64,000 bases of DNA, taken from Octopus sinensis (taxonomy: Eukaryota). Below the pieces are notes generated by a model. That model was not told the DNA's origin and did not search any database. It worked only from the letters and a program-made list of their open reading frames with translations. A program made the position numbers and the translations under genes. Within the stretch, counting starts at the first letter, position 1. Every line of letters begins with the position of its first letter. Positions 12,099 through 26,560 of the stretch are shown here, piece after piece. The DNA lies in the NCBI RefSeq assembly GCF_006345805.1, contig NC_043001.1, forward strand, positions 2,852,001 to 2,916,000, given 5' to 3'.

Positions 12099-13185
12099 TG
12101 TACATAGATATCTTGATATATATTTATATATATAATCCTCATCAGCATCAGCATCACCATCATTTAATGTCTACCCCACCATGATTACATCACTCTAATG
12201 AAAATTGTTGAGGCAGGTTTCTGATGGCCAAATGCCCTTCCTCTTGCCAAGCCTCACCTATTTTTAAGTAAGACAATATTTTCTCCAAGCCTGGCATGTT
12301 TTCCATGGATGAGTGAAAATGCACATCCTTACCTGTATGAACATGAGACGCATTTACAACCAGCACATGACACCTATGTATGGGTTGGTGTGAGAATGAT
12401 TCTACCTTGACACTGCCTTAATTAGATTAATACATACACACTTATATATACATGTATATATACATATGTATATATATATATTTGATTTGTCTAATAGTGG
12501 TTTTATCTCTAATTTAATATAATATATATATATATATATATCTTTATGTACACATACATATGCATGTATATATAAGTGTGTAAAATGTTGAATGTTGTTT
12601 CATCCCTTAATTGGAGTGGTTTCCAATAAGATTTCTAACGTTGATTCTTCATCCTTTGCTGAGAGTTTACTGGTGTAAATTGGCATTGATATGAAAAGTA
12701 GTAATAGTATCTTAAAGTGCATTATTAATTTATGGAATGAACATCTACAAATCCAATCATATTTGCCAAAAGTGGAGGAGATAAGAGGTTAAAAAGCTGA
12801 AAGAAGTTTATGTATGCATACAATCGTTTCGTATATAGATATAAATCCTTTTAAGAATTTGCAAATATCAAAGTACTTATCAGTGCAGAGAAAAAATAAT
12901 AAGAACTTAAAAAATGAGCAGAGAAATTGGATGTATAAGTTTTGTGTTTGTCTGTTCCTATCTATGTGTGATAATGATGGGAGTCATGTCAGTTATTAAA
13001 CCACAATAGATGAATGGTCAGGGGATGATATAAATATACCATGCTAATACTACTTTTCATATCTTAGCCAATTTACTACATACATACATATATATATACA
13101 TGCATATACATATACATGTGCATGTATATACGAGAGGTTTTGGTATCCAGAAGACCCAGGATGGTAGGTAAGGCTATGTAAGTGC

Positions 13186-13225
<40 letters not shown>

Positions 13226-13679
13226 TATATATATAGATATATATATATACATACATACATACAGGTATAAGCTAGAGGTCTTTAAAGTCTCTAAGAGATA
13301 GATATATCCAAAGGCACACCTGGTAATTACCTCAGTACAGTAAGTATAGTCCTTGGTAAAAGGTATACAGCAACAGGTAATTTAGTGGGTAAACCGTAGC
13401 TTAATTTATATGGATGATAAGAAAATGGAGGAAAAATAACAACACGAAGTGTCTCTACTATTGACAACGAGGCAATAATATAAATATATATTTTCTGTAC
13501 CATGGTACCCCGGAACGATTGTAAATTCCTTTTCACTCCTACTTTTCTTAACTAATTAAATAATGGCTTCCTAGCTCAAAAGACACACTTCTTATTGTTA
13601 TTTTCCCTCCATTTTCTTATCATCTATACATACAGACATACAGACATACATACATATATATATATAATATATCATCATC

Positions 13680-14180
13680 ATCATTTAACATCCGTTTTCC
13701 ATGCTAGCATGGGTTGGATGGTTCAACCGGGGCCTGGGAAGCCAGGAGATTGCACAAGGCTCCAGTCTGATCTGGCAGTGTTTCTACAGCTGGATGTCCT
13801 TCCTAACGCCAACCACTCCTTGAGTGTAGTGGGTGCTTCTTATGTGCCATCGGCACAGGTGTCAGGGGAGGCTTGAAACAGCCACGATAGGTTGGTGCTT
13901 TTTACGTGCCACCGGCAGAGGTATCAACTACAATTTCCATTTGATTTTTTGATGCTGATGTACTTGTCTCAATAGGTCTCCTCAAGCACAGCAGGTTGCC
14001 CTACGATCCAAGGTAAATACAGCAGGCCATCCTGTGATCCAAGGCACTTTGGATGGGCTGAGACTTCTATGTGAATCTGGTGCAGGAAACAGCTATGAAC
14101 TCATGTTATTTGTTGGGTCTTTGCAGTCACAGCATATCTCCAGAGATCCTGGTCTTTCATCATTGCCTCTGTGAGACCCA
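13680..14180 (-). mobile_element. SINE type B
   Basis: Reverse complement of the type B 3' end (catcatttaacatccgttttccatgctagcatgggttgga...). Confidence 0.85.
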
Positions 14181-14440
14181 ATATACACACACATATATAT
14201 ACACACACACATATATATATACATACGTATTTATATATATATAAGACCCAACAAATAACGTGAGTTCATAGCTGTTTCCTGCACCAGATTCACATAGAAG
14301 TCCCAGCCCATCCAAAGTGCCTTGGATCACAGGATGGCCTGCTGTACTTACCTTGGATCGTAGGGCGACCTGCTGTGCTTGAGGAGACCTATTGAGACAA
14401 GTACATCAACATCAAAAAATCAAATGGAAATTGTAGTTGA
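13924..14440. repeat. Inverted duplication, 198 bp arms (13924-14121 / 14243-14440)
   Basis: Arms are reverse complements with about 5 mismatches seen. Confidence 0.9.
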
Positions 14441-15454
14441 GATAAACGTACATACACATTCGTGTTGCAAGATTCCTGATGTGAAGCTGTGTGTTAAAAC
14501 GGATATTGTTATATTTGGGGATAATTTTTTTAACCAAATAAGCACCGTATATTCATTCATCATTCTTTTATTACTGTTCTTATTTCATGTTAAACACTAG
14601 GCTGTTTATATCTGTGCCCTTTATATTGTTGTCATTCTTTGCGGTACTTTGACCCTTCCCTCACCTACATGTTTCCCCCTATTGTTGCTGTTATTGATCC
14701 TTACTTTTGAGGGTCAAGATCATCATCAGCAGCAGCAGCAACAGACGGGTGAAATGTAGGTGAGGGAAGGGTCGAAGTACCATTAAGAATGACAACAATA
14801 TAAAGGGGCACACAAATAAAATGTATATTGGGTGGGGGCAAGCCCATGCACACGCACATAAACACACGTGTGAAACATGCATACACATATGCACTCAGGC
14901 ACACACACATTCACACCCACATACACAGATATACACGCAAAGGCATGTGCAGATAGAAAGACAGAATGGACAAACTGGGGCAGGAGGATACATGTGAACA
15001 GAAGAGGTCACAGATGTGTGATGAAAGATTTCCAGGCAATAGACACAAGATAAAATAAAAGCAGTAATAAGAAGGGAAGAACGAGGGTATAGAGTGTGTG
15101 TGTGTGTTTATTTGGTAAAAAGAAATTCCCATCCTGAAATATAATAATGTATATACAATAAGATATTAGGATAATATATTAATACATTAAGATATATTTA
15201 TTTATTTATCTATTTATTGCCCGAAGGGGCTAAACATAGAGGGGACAAACAAGGACAGACAAAGGGATTAAGTCGATTACATTAACCCCAGTGCGCAACT
15301 GGTACTTATTTAATTGAAATATTAAATACGTTATAATAAAGGTGGTTATAGCAATTAAAACTGAAAAGGCAGAATTAATAAATGAGGGAGCAAAATATCA
15401 CCTACAATTGCTAGAAATGAGGGCCAAAATTTACCTCAAACAACCACACAAAAG

Positions 15455-15840
15455 CACTGAGGTAAAGTGGCTGAGTTCCTTTCAAGTGTTGGGCCTCTCG
15501 GGGGTAATAACCAAGGCCTTTAGCATTCTTTTGTGCTTGAGAAGAAGACCCATCAAGCTGAGCAAAATCACAGTTGTGGCACATACTGGTGTCATGCAAA
15601 TGGCATCTGTGCCGGTGGCAGGTAAAAAACACCCTGGTGCTATGCAAATGGCTTTCAGGCTGGCAGCTTGTAAAAGCACCCATTACACTCTCAGAGTGGT
15701 TGGCACTAGGAAGGGCATCCAGCTGTAGAAAACCATGTCACATCAGACTGGATTCTGGTGCAGCTTTCCAGCATGGCAGTACAGTCAAACCATCCCACCC
15801 ATGCCAGCCACGACAACAGACGTTAAATGATAATGATAAT
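15455..15840 (+). mobile_element. SINE type B
   Basis: gtgcttgagaagaagacccatcaagc...gcacccattacactctcagagtggttggc...gttaaatga. Confidence 0.8.
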
Positions 15841-16904
15841 GATGGTAGTGGGCGGGTGATGATGATGATGATTGATGATGATGATGATTATGATGATGAT
15901 GATGGTGATTAGGATGATGATGATGATGATTAGGATGATGATGATGATGATTAGGATGATGATGATGGGGATGGTATATGCATGCATAAAGAAGTTATAT
16001 TGAACTAAGATGGAAGATGTGTGTGTCTACAGACGTATGTATGTATGCATACACATATGCACACACACACACACACACACACATGCATATATAGGATGGG
16101 CTTCTTTCAGTTTCTTTCCATCAAATGCTCTAACAAGGTTTTGGTCATCATTGTCGTTGTCCTCATCCTTATCTTCATCATTGTCATCATCATCGCCATC
16201 ATCATTTTAATATCCTAAATTATATTTTCCAATTTGTCTTTGCAGACAGAAGGGGGTCATTGTGAGAAATTTAACTGTTATTTTTAGCAAATCGTTTAAC
16301 CATATAAAAATATCATTATTGGCTTGTTGTTACTGCCGCCTGTGATGGCCCTAGTTGTGGTGGTCATGGTGAAACGGGTAATAGTGTTGCTCGTTGCTGT
16401 TGTTGTTGTTGTTGTTGCCTTTACAATGGTGGCAGTGGCAGCAGTGGCAGCAGCAGCAGCAGCAGCAGAGGTGTTGGGGTTGGGTGGTTGTGGCAGTAGC
16501 TATGGTGATGGTTATTAATGTTGTCGTGGCATTAGTGGCAGTGGTGGTTGCTATGGTGATGGCAATGCTGGTGGTAGTCTTCCTTGACCAATTCTGTCAG
16601 CATCTAATATCAGAGTCCTATACCCATGGGTCCTCTGTGATATGGTGCTAATCTAGCCAGAGAGAATGGTATTTCCAATAACAGAGATAATGATTGCACA
16701 TTGGTGGTGGTGGTGGTGATGATGATGATGGTGATGATGATGATGATGATGATGATGATGTACGAAACCAACAAGGCGTGACTGACACTGATTTTATTAC
16801 TCAAAGAATGAAAATGGGAAAACCCATGGAGAATTATATGGTTCCATGTTTCCATCTACACACATGTGTCGATGTGTGCCAGAATGTCTCTCCAGACAGG
16901 ATCA

Positions 16905-16908
16905 ACAC

Positions 16909-16947
<39 letters not shown>

Positions 16948-17400
16948 TACATACATGCACACACACACATATACATACATACATACATACATACATACAT
17001 ACACACACACACATACATTCATACATACATACATACATACACACACACATACATACATACATACATACATACATACACACACATACATACATACATACAT
17101 ACATACATACACACACGCACACATACATACATACATACTCACACACACATACATTCATACATACATACATACGTACATACACACATACATACATACATAC
17201 ATACATACATACATACACACATACACACACATACATACATACATACATACATACATACACGCATACACACACATACATACATAACCCCACACATACATAC
17301 ATAAATACATACATACATACACACACACATACATACATACATACACACACATACATACATGCATGCATACATACATAAATAAATGCACACGCACACACAT
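16905..17400. repeat. (TACA)n/(CA)n microsatellite
   Basis: Directly visible. Confidence 0.95.
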
Positions 17401-17934
17401 ACATGCATACACAGATACATATATCCTTACATACGTGCATATACACATGTAAACACTCATGCATATACAAATACAGACAAACAGACATACATTTATGACT
17501 ATATACATACATCCTTCCATACATCACACATACATATGTAAATACATACATATATAACTATACACAAACTTAGATATATATGAATATATGTGTGTATATA
17601 TATGTGTGTGTGTGTGTGTGTGTATATGTATACATATGTATATATGTATATATATTTATATATAAATATCTATACATTTATATTATATTATATATGTATA
17701 TATATTATATATATATATATATTATATTTATATATATATATATATCAACTTCAATGCATCAATCTGTATGTCCTTATATACTGGGAATCATCCTGTGATA
17801 AAATAAGATTAATTCCTAAACTCATTTCACTGTGAGAGAACCATCTCAAGTTTGGTCTTCCCATCGTTAAAGTCATTTCATATGACTCCTAAAGCCTGCA
17901 GAGTACCTGAGAGTCACTCGAAGTCAGTTCTCCA

Positions 17935-19085
17935 GTAGCAGCAGCAGCTAAACCATCTTGATGTTGGAACCTACAGTACTGAGTCACTCGGCTGGCTGAT
18001 ACACATACCCTGTACATAAAATGCATGAGAGATCATGTGTGCTATCATATAGGTCTCCTCCCTGAGCATGCTTGTGGCTGAGTAGGCCAGACTTTGAGAA
18101 GTAGACACAACCTCATTGATCACTCGAAATAGATATTTTCGTGCCCCTCCCATGAAGAAGTTTCACATCGTTCACATATTTACCAGCACACTTTAACCAA
18201 CTGTATGCAATCCTGTGGTTCTAAAATTCTTGAACTCCAATCAAATTCTTCCATAACTCATTATCTGATGCAAGATCTTCCCAGGGGTCTGTATCAATAT
18301 TGATCTTTTAAATGTATCGTTAAGATTGTCTTTGAAACGCTTGTGTAGTTTTCACTGAGAGCATTTCTCTTGCTCCAGTTCACCATACAACACCCCTTTT
18401 GGCATGCAGCTGTCCACTGAACAGACAAGATGACCAGACTATCAAAGTTGGGGTTTCATAATCCTGGACTAGGTCATGGCTGGCCAACCTGAGGCCAGCA
18501 GGCTGCATGCTTTCATATCTGGTACTTGAGATTGCCATGAGATCTTCAGGTTTACAAGTACCACTGTTAGTATCAGTTGAGACATTGAATGTGCCTTCAG
18601 TAGACTGCCCAGGTCCCTCATCTATACAACAGCAACGCTAAGATGCATGCTTGAGGGAGCTCCACTTTCATTGTTGCTTTGATGTCCAGTTGCAACCAGA
18701 GCTTTGATTCAAGATTTCCATCACAAGCAGCCTTAGAAAGACTATAATTGATCTCCTCATCAAATCTAAGATAGAGTTCTACCAAGACAAACACATCCAT
18801 GGCATTTTGGATTTCAGCATCACGATGGGAAAAGTCTGGCAAGAGAACAATATCAAAAACAAAACAAAATAAAAGATGAAGGATGTAGGGGCCAAGAGCT
18901 TTATACTGCTTAATGCCAGATTCAATTGAGATGGGTTCAAGCAGTTCACCATTGATGCCAAGCCATGCTTTCAGGTTGTGAAAGGATCGAATGAGTCCTG
19001 TGAACTTTCCAGGATGCCCCAAAGCATTGGTATAAATACTGTCAAATGCTTTTGTAAGATCAATGAATACAGATCAAGTTGCTTC
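17935..19085 (-). mobile_element. Degenerate RTE-clade LINE (RT and C-terminal region)
   Basis: Fragments FIDLTKAFDSI, GHPGKFTGLIRSFH, ESGIKQ, PKGVLYGELEQ, KRFKDNL and PWEDLASD; many stops and frameshifts. Confidence 0.8.
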
Positions 19086-20971
19086 CTCTGCATCCATCCA
19101 TCCATCCATATATATGTACATACATACATGTATGGCCAGAATGTCTCTGTTCCCTAAGGGTTATTACAATGGAAAAAACAACAGCAATCACAAAAACATG
19201 TCTAAATATCTTACAAACACTCCTTTCTTTACTTCACTAAATTCTTCTCTTTATTTCCTTCTTTCATAAAATTTTCTTTGATTATCCCAGACCAAAATTC
19301 TACAGCAAGCATCACAATTCACTAAAATACCTTTAGGTACTTGTGCACTTGGCTGCTACCTATTTCAGTGACCCAGAAGAATGGACAATGCTGTGGACAT
19401 CAGAGAGATTTGAACTCACATTATGGAATAATGGAACTAAATACTGCAGCAGATGGTTTCCATTGCTTTAACGAACCGTCAGCAACCACCAGAGTGGTTT
19501 TCTATTTTATTATTTTATTTATCCTTTTATTGTTCTCAGTCATTAATTCCAGTCACAGTCTGTGATTTTTATGCTGAGGCACCAACTTTGATGGCTTTTG
19601 TAGATTCATTCAATAAAGCATTTAATATTCCTTGTATTAATTTTAATGTATTAATGAGGTAGAAGAGCAGAGTTGACCCAATAAATGGACATAGCAAAAA
19701 CGTAACTAAATACCAAGAGGCATTTCCTTTTGCACTGCACCAATTCCATACAGATTTCAGAGCAAAGATTTAGAAGAACTTGCCTCAATGACAATACAGG
19801 GAGATGAAATCTAGGCTCACATGAACGAACAATAAATTTCTAAACCACAGTTCCAAGGCTGTGACCTGGAATCAGGGAAATATATGAACCTCAATATGGC
19901 CTTGATTTTTGGTCACAAAAGGATTGAAGTTTTTAAACATGGGGTTGTATCTCTGACCTTGAACTTCATAAGTACACACTGTCATGCCTGTGACCTTGAT
20001 CTTCATAAATATCCAAAGCTATTCTCATGACCTTGACCTTGTACCACACTGCCTTGCCTACTCCATAATTGGTAAAGATTTTTTTTATTTAAATAAATTA
20101 AAATGGCTAAAATTTCAATTTATAAATAAATATTCAATGAAATTTGACACAGGTGCAGGCGTGGGTGTGTACTTAAGAAATTTGCTTCCTCACCACATGG
20201 TTTCAGGTTCAGTCCCATTGCATGGCATTTGGACAATTGTCCTTTGCTAATAACACAAGCGAACTACAAACTTCTGAGGAGATTTTATAGACGGAATCTG
20301 AAAGCAAATAAAAAATCTTGTGTGTGTTGTGTGTGTGCAGGTGTGTGTGTGTGCAGGTGTGTGTGTGTGTGCAGGTGTGTGTGTGTGTGCAGGTGTGTGT
20401 GTGTGCAGGTGTGTGTGTGCAGGTGTGTGTCTGTGTGTGCGTGTGTTGATGCCACATGTTAGATATAACCGAGTATCACATTCAAGCAAATGGTGTCCTT
20501 CTCTTCAAACCTGTTAAACCCTGGCAAAGTGCATACCTTGTTTGTAAACAGGTATGCACTGGGCTGTATAAAATCTCCCATCTGCCCCATCTAAACATGA
20601 TCAATTGGATGTCAAAATGATGATGATGATGATGATTTATATATGTGTAGCCATGAATCTTCTCTGTAGAAAGGCAGCTCTCCATGTCTCTCTATCATAC
20701 TCTCACCTGGAACATGGACACTTCTTATGGTTCCTCTCCCTCTCTCAGCTGAGATGTCTTTGTCTTGGTGACCCCACAGGTACTGGTGCTATATAAAACC
20801 TGTGATCCCACAAGTGCTGGTGCCATTTAGAAAGCAGCTGTGCAGACCCTGCATTTAAAGCACTCATGTCAGCACCACGTAAAGAGCACCTGTGCTGAGT
20901 GTTACCCCATTCAGATTTAAGGTTGAGGGTGGGTTTGTATGCTCAACTAAGGAGCCATTGTGACAGTCTGT

Positions 20972-21275
20972 GTGGAGGCACATGGCCTAGTGGTTAGAGC
21001 AGCGGACTCGCAGTTGAGGGATCGCAGGTTCAAATCTCAGACCTGGCAATGTGTGTTTATGAGCGAAACACCTAATCCCCATGCTGCTCCGGCAGAAGGT
21101 AATGTCGAAACTTCTGCTGACTCTTCCACCACAATTATCTCTCACTCTTTCCTCCTGCATCTTGCAGCTCACCTGCAACGGACTGGCATCCCGTCCAGGT
21201 GGGGAATCTATACACCAAGGAAACTGGGAAACCGGCCCTTATGAACCAGGCGTGGCTCGAGAAGGAACAAACAAC
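20972..21275 (+). mobile_element. tRNA-derived SINE type C with V-domain-like core
   Basis: Box A/B-like head tggcctagtggttagagc...ggttcaaatc; core cctgcaacggactggcatcccgtccagg. A related copy lies at 26295-26560 (-). Confidence 0.8.
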
Positions 21276-21699
21276 AATTGTGACAGTCATCAGCATGCTG
21301 ATAGAAGAAGATGGAGTTTGTTTATTTTTTTTTTGCTGTGTAGTTGTCCAGTTGTTCCTTGAATCTATCATTGATGCTTCTAGAAATCTTACCAATACAT
21401 GATTGGGATAATCGCGCACGTCCCTTCCTCACACTTAATCAGTGTTTTCCTTTTTCATGTAGGTTTCTAGAACATGCTGCACAATTATTCTGACACGTGT
21501 CTCTATCAAATGATTTACTTGATGGATAGATAGATAGATAGATGGATGGATAGATACACATATATACACATACATATGTACTGTCTGGGAGATCATTTTG
21601 GTTGTAGAAGGGGCATTTCACTCCTATTTCTAGATTTGGTGCATGGCAAAGCAATTAGCTGACCCCTGATTATAATTATGTTTATAATTTTAGAATATT

Positions 21700-21735
<36 letters not shown>

Positions 21736-22184
21736 CATAGATAGACAAACACACACACACACGCACACACATTCATACACATATGCATGTACACACATAG
21801 AAATTTCTCTTGCCTTCATTCAAAAACACTCACCTTTACTCCCTCCCATCAAATGATGTGTATATTTATTTAGAAGCATGTAATTCCTCTGTGCATGTTT
21901 CCCCGTCGTTGTCTTGTTGTGGCTATGTGTGAAACACTTCAGATGTTGGCACATTTAAGTGCAGCTAATGATGCCAACGAAGATCAAAGAATCTGAGCGA
22001 CGAGTCGACAGCATCAGGGAAACAGGCCTAATTTGTTTTGTCTTCGTTAATATACATTGGTTGTTTATGTCTGTAACAATTAAGAAGGGAAAAAGAATGG
22101 AAGACAAGGTGCAATTGGGTGTCGTTGATAAATGAACGGATAGGATTTGTATACTCCTTCAGAATACAGCTATTTTTGTGTGTG

Positions 22185-22226
<42 letters not shown>

Positions 22227-22467
22227 CATGTCTGTGTGTGCATATATATATGTATGTATGTACGTATATATATAAATAGTAGACTAATAAAGAAAAATTC
22301 TTGGAGGAGTTTTATATCTATTTGAAAGAATGAGTGGAGATGGATATTTTGAGGGGATAATTTGTATTTTAATCTTAATAATAATGTTTACAGTAAGATT
22401 AAAATAAAAATTATCCTCTTAATAAAGCCATCTCTACACATTCTTTCAACTATACATACATACATAC

Positions 22468-22592
<125 letters not shown>

Positions 22593-22639
22593 TGTATGTA
22601 TGTATGTATGTATGTATGTATGTATGTTTGTATGTCTCT

Positions 22640-23221
22640 CACTCTTTCAGCTTCCGTTCCTTCATCACATTCCTATTTTCTGTGGTTCTTTTTGGCTTTA
22701 TATAGCCCTTGGCAAGTTGCACTTTGGTAGGTGAGCAATGTGAAGGACAATTAGGAGTGATGTTGCTAGACAGGATAAGTAATTGTGTACGAATTTAGGG
22801 AACAGAGGAGATAGAAAGAAAGTATGTGCTTTAAGCATATGGGCTAACAAAAAGGTATGGTGAAAAGATTTATTTTGGTTTGATGTAGGAATTTTACAAT
22901 TGTTTAGAGTACAGTCAAGAGTGAAAGTAGACTGATGTAACAAAGTCAGTTTCCTGTATTCTTCTGAATGCAAGCTAGAAAGTTGGGAATGATTGTCATA
23001 TTTAGTAGGTGGATAAATTTATTAGTTTGAGAAGTGTTGAGGGTGCTTGAAGTATGTTTGTGTGTGTTGGTTGCATTGTGCTTTGAATGGGTTTGCTGTT
23101 GAGCCTATATATGTGATGGGTAGGGTTGGTGTTGTAATGTTCTCCGTTACAGATGCAGTATAGATAATGTAACTTGTGAGTCAATTTTCATTCAGAGGAC
23201 ACTATGAAGGGATGTTGTGGT

Positions 23222-23225
<4 letters not shown>
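22640..23225 (-). mobile_element. Penelope-like element GIY-YIG endonuclease remnant
   Basis: Minus-strand translation CNHNIPS*CPLNEN*LTSYIIYTASVT...TYIGSTANPFKAQCNQH, the typical PLE endonuclease pattern. Confidence 0.8.
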
Positions 23226-23291
<66 letters not shown>

Positions 23292-23540
23292 ATATATATA
23301 TGTATATATTATGTATATGTATATATATGTGTGTGTGTTTGTGTGTATAATGCAAAAATGGGACAAGAACGTAAAACATCCAGACAGTTAGGTGAACCAA
23401 AAAAAAGGATAACAAAATATCCAGACAGATGATAGAAGGAAAACAAGGATGGATCATTCGGAGTTTTAGCGTTCTTGTCCCATTTTAGTATTTTTTATAT
23501 ATAAAATATAGCGGTGTATGTACACTTTGGTCTCTTGAAC

Positions 23541-23571
<31 letters not shown>

Positions 23572-24830
23572 TGTGTGTGTGTGTGTAAAATAAGAGGGTA
23601 ACTGCAAGAATGCCTTTGTTCAAAGGACATCATCACAAATTGATTTCTTCGTTACCTGACATTTCTTTGTGACTGGGTAGTTTTCCTACTTGTAAGTGGG
23701 TAAAATTTTTCCCATGGCCGGGGGGGGGCCCTGTCCCATCTTAAAGGAATATAAATTGGTATATTGTTTCATGGGCCACAAAACGATATAGGATGCTTTG
23801 AACTTGGCTGGGTTTGAACTTGCAACATATTGGGAAGCAGCTAAATAACTTAGCGTTCTATCAAGCACATTTAATGATTCTGCTAATTATGAACTGTTGA
23901 TTAACTAATTTGAAAAGAAAGGAAGATATGTATTGAAAGGGAAACTATGTGTCCTTTCATGTATGTGAAGTGGTGGTGTTGATTGTCTGAGTGGTGAAAA
24001 ACTAACAAGTGCAGACAGCAGGTATTGTTGTTGTTGCTTAGCCTCCTCTCTCAGCCCTTCTCTCCCTTCATGTGCCATAGGGCCTATCATCACCAGTGAC
24101 CTTAGGCCTTTATGTCAAACTTTGAAGGTTCATGATCATCGGAGAGAATGACACAGCAAGTGCATTCTTTTACGTTCTTTATTGTTTACTTTGACAGTTG
24201 CCTACTTTCTCAGGCTTACTCTTGAGGCACATGACCCATTTAACCCTTCGTCAAGGGAAAGACTGGTTCACTTGATATCAAGGCATGTTCACACACTGCT
24301 GGACTTGAGTGTTTGGGCGCCAGCAACCCTCCACAGATTTCTGTACACATTAACCACAGAATCATCTTCTGTAATTTGATCCATAACTGAGGTCCTTGAC
24401 AATTAAAGGCTAGAACAGATGTGAGAGTAATGTTGATGAAGGAGTAACCCCATACTCCCCAAAACTCATGAACACCTAAGCTGGAGTATCACCAGTCAAT
24501 GCAGTCCAATATCTGGCTTAGGACACCTCTGACCCAAACTCAATTGAAGTTCAAATGCTTTCTAATCATGATGACTGTTTGTTTTTTGCTTATTTTGTTG
24601 TTGTTACCATAGAGTTCTTAGGACTACAATTTTCAATGTGTCTTTCTTTCCTCAAACCCTTTTTAATGAAATGTTGTTATTATTCGGGCTAAATTGAGGA
24701 AGTGCAAAGTGGGTCATTTTAGCACAGATTTCCCCCACTGTTGACATTTTAAAGTCCTCAAGGCAGAGAGAAAAACCCCTGAAGACATGAGGAGATGCAG
24801 CAAAATCAAATCTCAGATAGCATTAAGGCC

Positions 24831-24862
<32 letters not shown>

Positions 24863-26294
24863 AATGAGGACGATGATGATGATGGTGATGACGACGACGA
24901 CGACGATGATGATGATGATGATGATGATTACAGAGATAAGAAAGACGACTTTAATGATGATTTCTAATCTGACAATAAATATATAATGATTGCTTAGAAG
25001 AGGCTTTCTTTAAATCATAATTTCCTATGATGGCCTTGCTCTACCTTGATTGCTTTTGTTAAAGCACCAAGAATGTCTCCAGAGTTAAATAGAATCTATG
25101 TTTGGTGATTGTCCTGTGATTCTCTTTCATCAGCTTAATATTCAAAATGTTCATGTATCATTTATAGATAGTTTCTTTTGTATATCCTTTTGAATAATTT
25201 GGAGAATAAAGATGTTTGGTGCTTCTGTGAGAGGATAATCTCATTATGTAGTCAGTGTAACTGTGTGAAATAGAGTTCAGCTTGTCGTAGAATGACTGTC
25301 AATCACCATACAATATGTACCAATTAATCTGACTGTTGACAGAAAACGTCTGAGTGGGTAGACTTTTGATTTCATCATCAAAGGGTGCGGAGTTCAAATA
25401 CACTGTTAGCAATGTCTTAAGCATTTGGGTGCTATGCATAATTAATCCTAGTTGGTGGTGAATTGGTAGTGTTATTAGAACAACAGTATTTATCCAACTA
25501 CTTTCCTTTCTGAGTTCAAACCCCAATGATGTCAACTTTTACTTTTCATTCTTGCGGGGTCAATAAATAAAGTATCATTTACAAGGCAGTTTGGCGAAAG
25601 AATTACAGCATTGGAAGGGGTGTACCCTGCAGTATTCCTTTGCATGCTTTATGCTGAGAGTTCAAATCCTGCCATGGCCTACACTCATGGTAAACTTAAT
25701 CCTTAACCTGATTAATCTCCACCGGCTACCTTCGGGGCCTGTAGCAGAGTCCATTCTGTTTTAAGCATTCAGGTCACTTCTCTGGTTTGACCTTTCAGCA
25801 TTTAAATTGACCATAGCTGGCCTAACTATTCTCTCTCTTTTACGTGCTGACTGACCATATCCAGCCTCTCACACCTACCCTACAATGTCATTCTAAAAAT
25901 AAACAATCACATCATCACAATCCGAAAGCCTGTCTTGAGAGAGTCTCTCATATGGACATGTAGTGCATAGGGGCACTCATGCTTATACTGACAACAGATG
26001 AGAACCATCTACTATGGTTCTCATCTGCTAATGATATAGCTTCAAGTGCTTTTATGCACCCCAAGTCCTTGAGAGAGTTTCTCTCCAGGCAAATAATGCA
26101 GTATTCTCTGTTCTAACACAACCTGCACGTTGAGCTGGAGATCAAGATCACCATTTGGCATTTGTACTGTTTCTGTTGCTCTAATATTTTTAGGGGTTTG
26201 CTCACTTGGAATAAACCTGGGGTGAAATAACAACATGGATGTACACTTAATCATATTAAACCTAACAAAATGGTTTATTTATATGTGTGTGTTC

Positions 26295-26560
26295 CTTCTT
26301 GAGCCATTCCAGGCTCATGGGCCCACTTTCCCGGTTTCATTGGTGTAGAAATTCCCCACCTGGACAGGACACGGGTCCGTCACAGGATTACTCATTTTTG
26401 CCAGCTGAGTGGACTGGAGCAACATGAAATGAAGTGTTTTGCTCAAAAACACAACGCATCGCCCGGTCCAGGAATTGAAACCACAACCTTACAATCATTT
26501 AATTTAATTTTAACTTAATCATGAGTTCAAACCCTAACCACTAAGCCACACACCTCCACA
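26295..26560 (-). mobile_element. SINE type C
   Basis: tgtggaggtgtgtggcttagtggttaggg head; cctgtgacggacccgtgtcctgtccagg core. Confidence 0.8.

Noticed and set aside
15342-15728. 128-aa ORF and overlapping ORFs
   Set aside because: Largely within SINE type B sequence repeated elsewhere in the window.
16324-16651. Poly-Q/A/V ORFs
   Set aside because: Degenerate (GTT)/(GCA)/(GTG) trinucleotide tract with no splice or domain support.
20972-21060. tRNA gene
   Set aside because: The box A/B-like head continues into a SINE body and no complete cloverleaf is seen; the same holds for the other SINE heads.
25120-25140. CTGATGA on the minus strand as a hammerhead core
   Set aside because: No downstream GAAA/NUH or stems; the same applies to CTGATGA hits inside SINE B (3766, 54078) and microsatellites.
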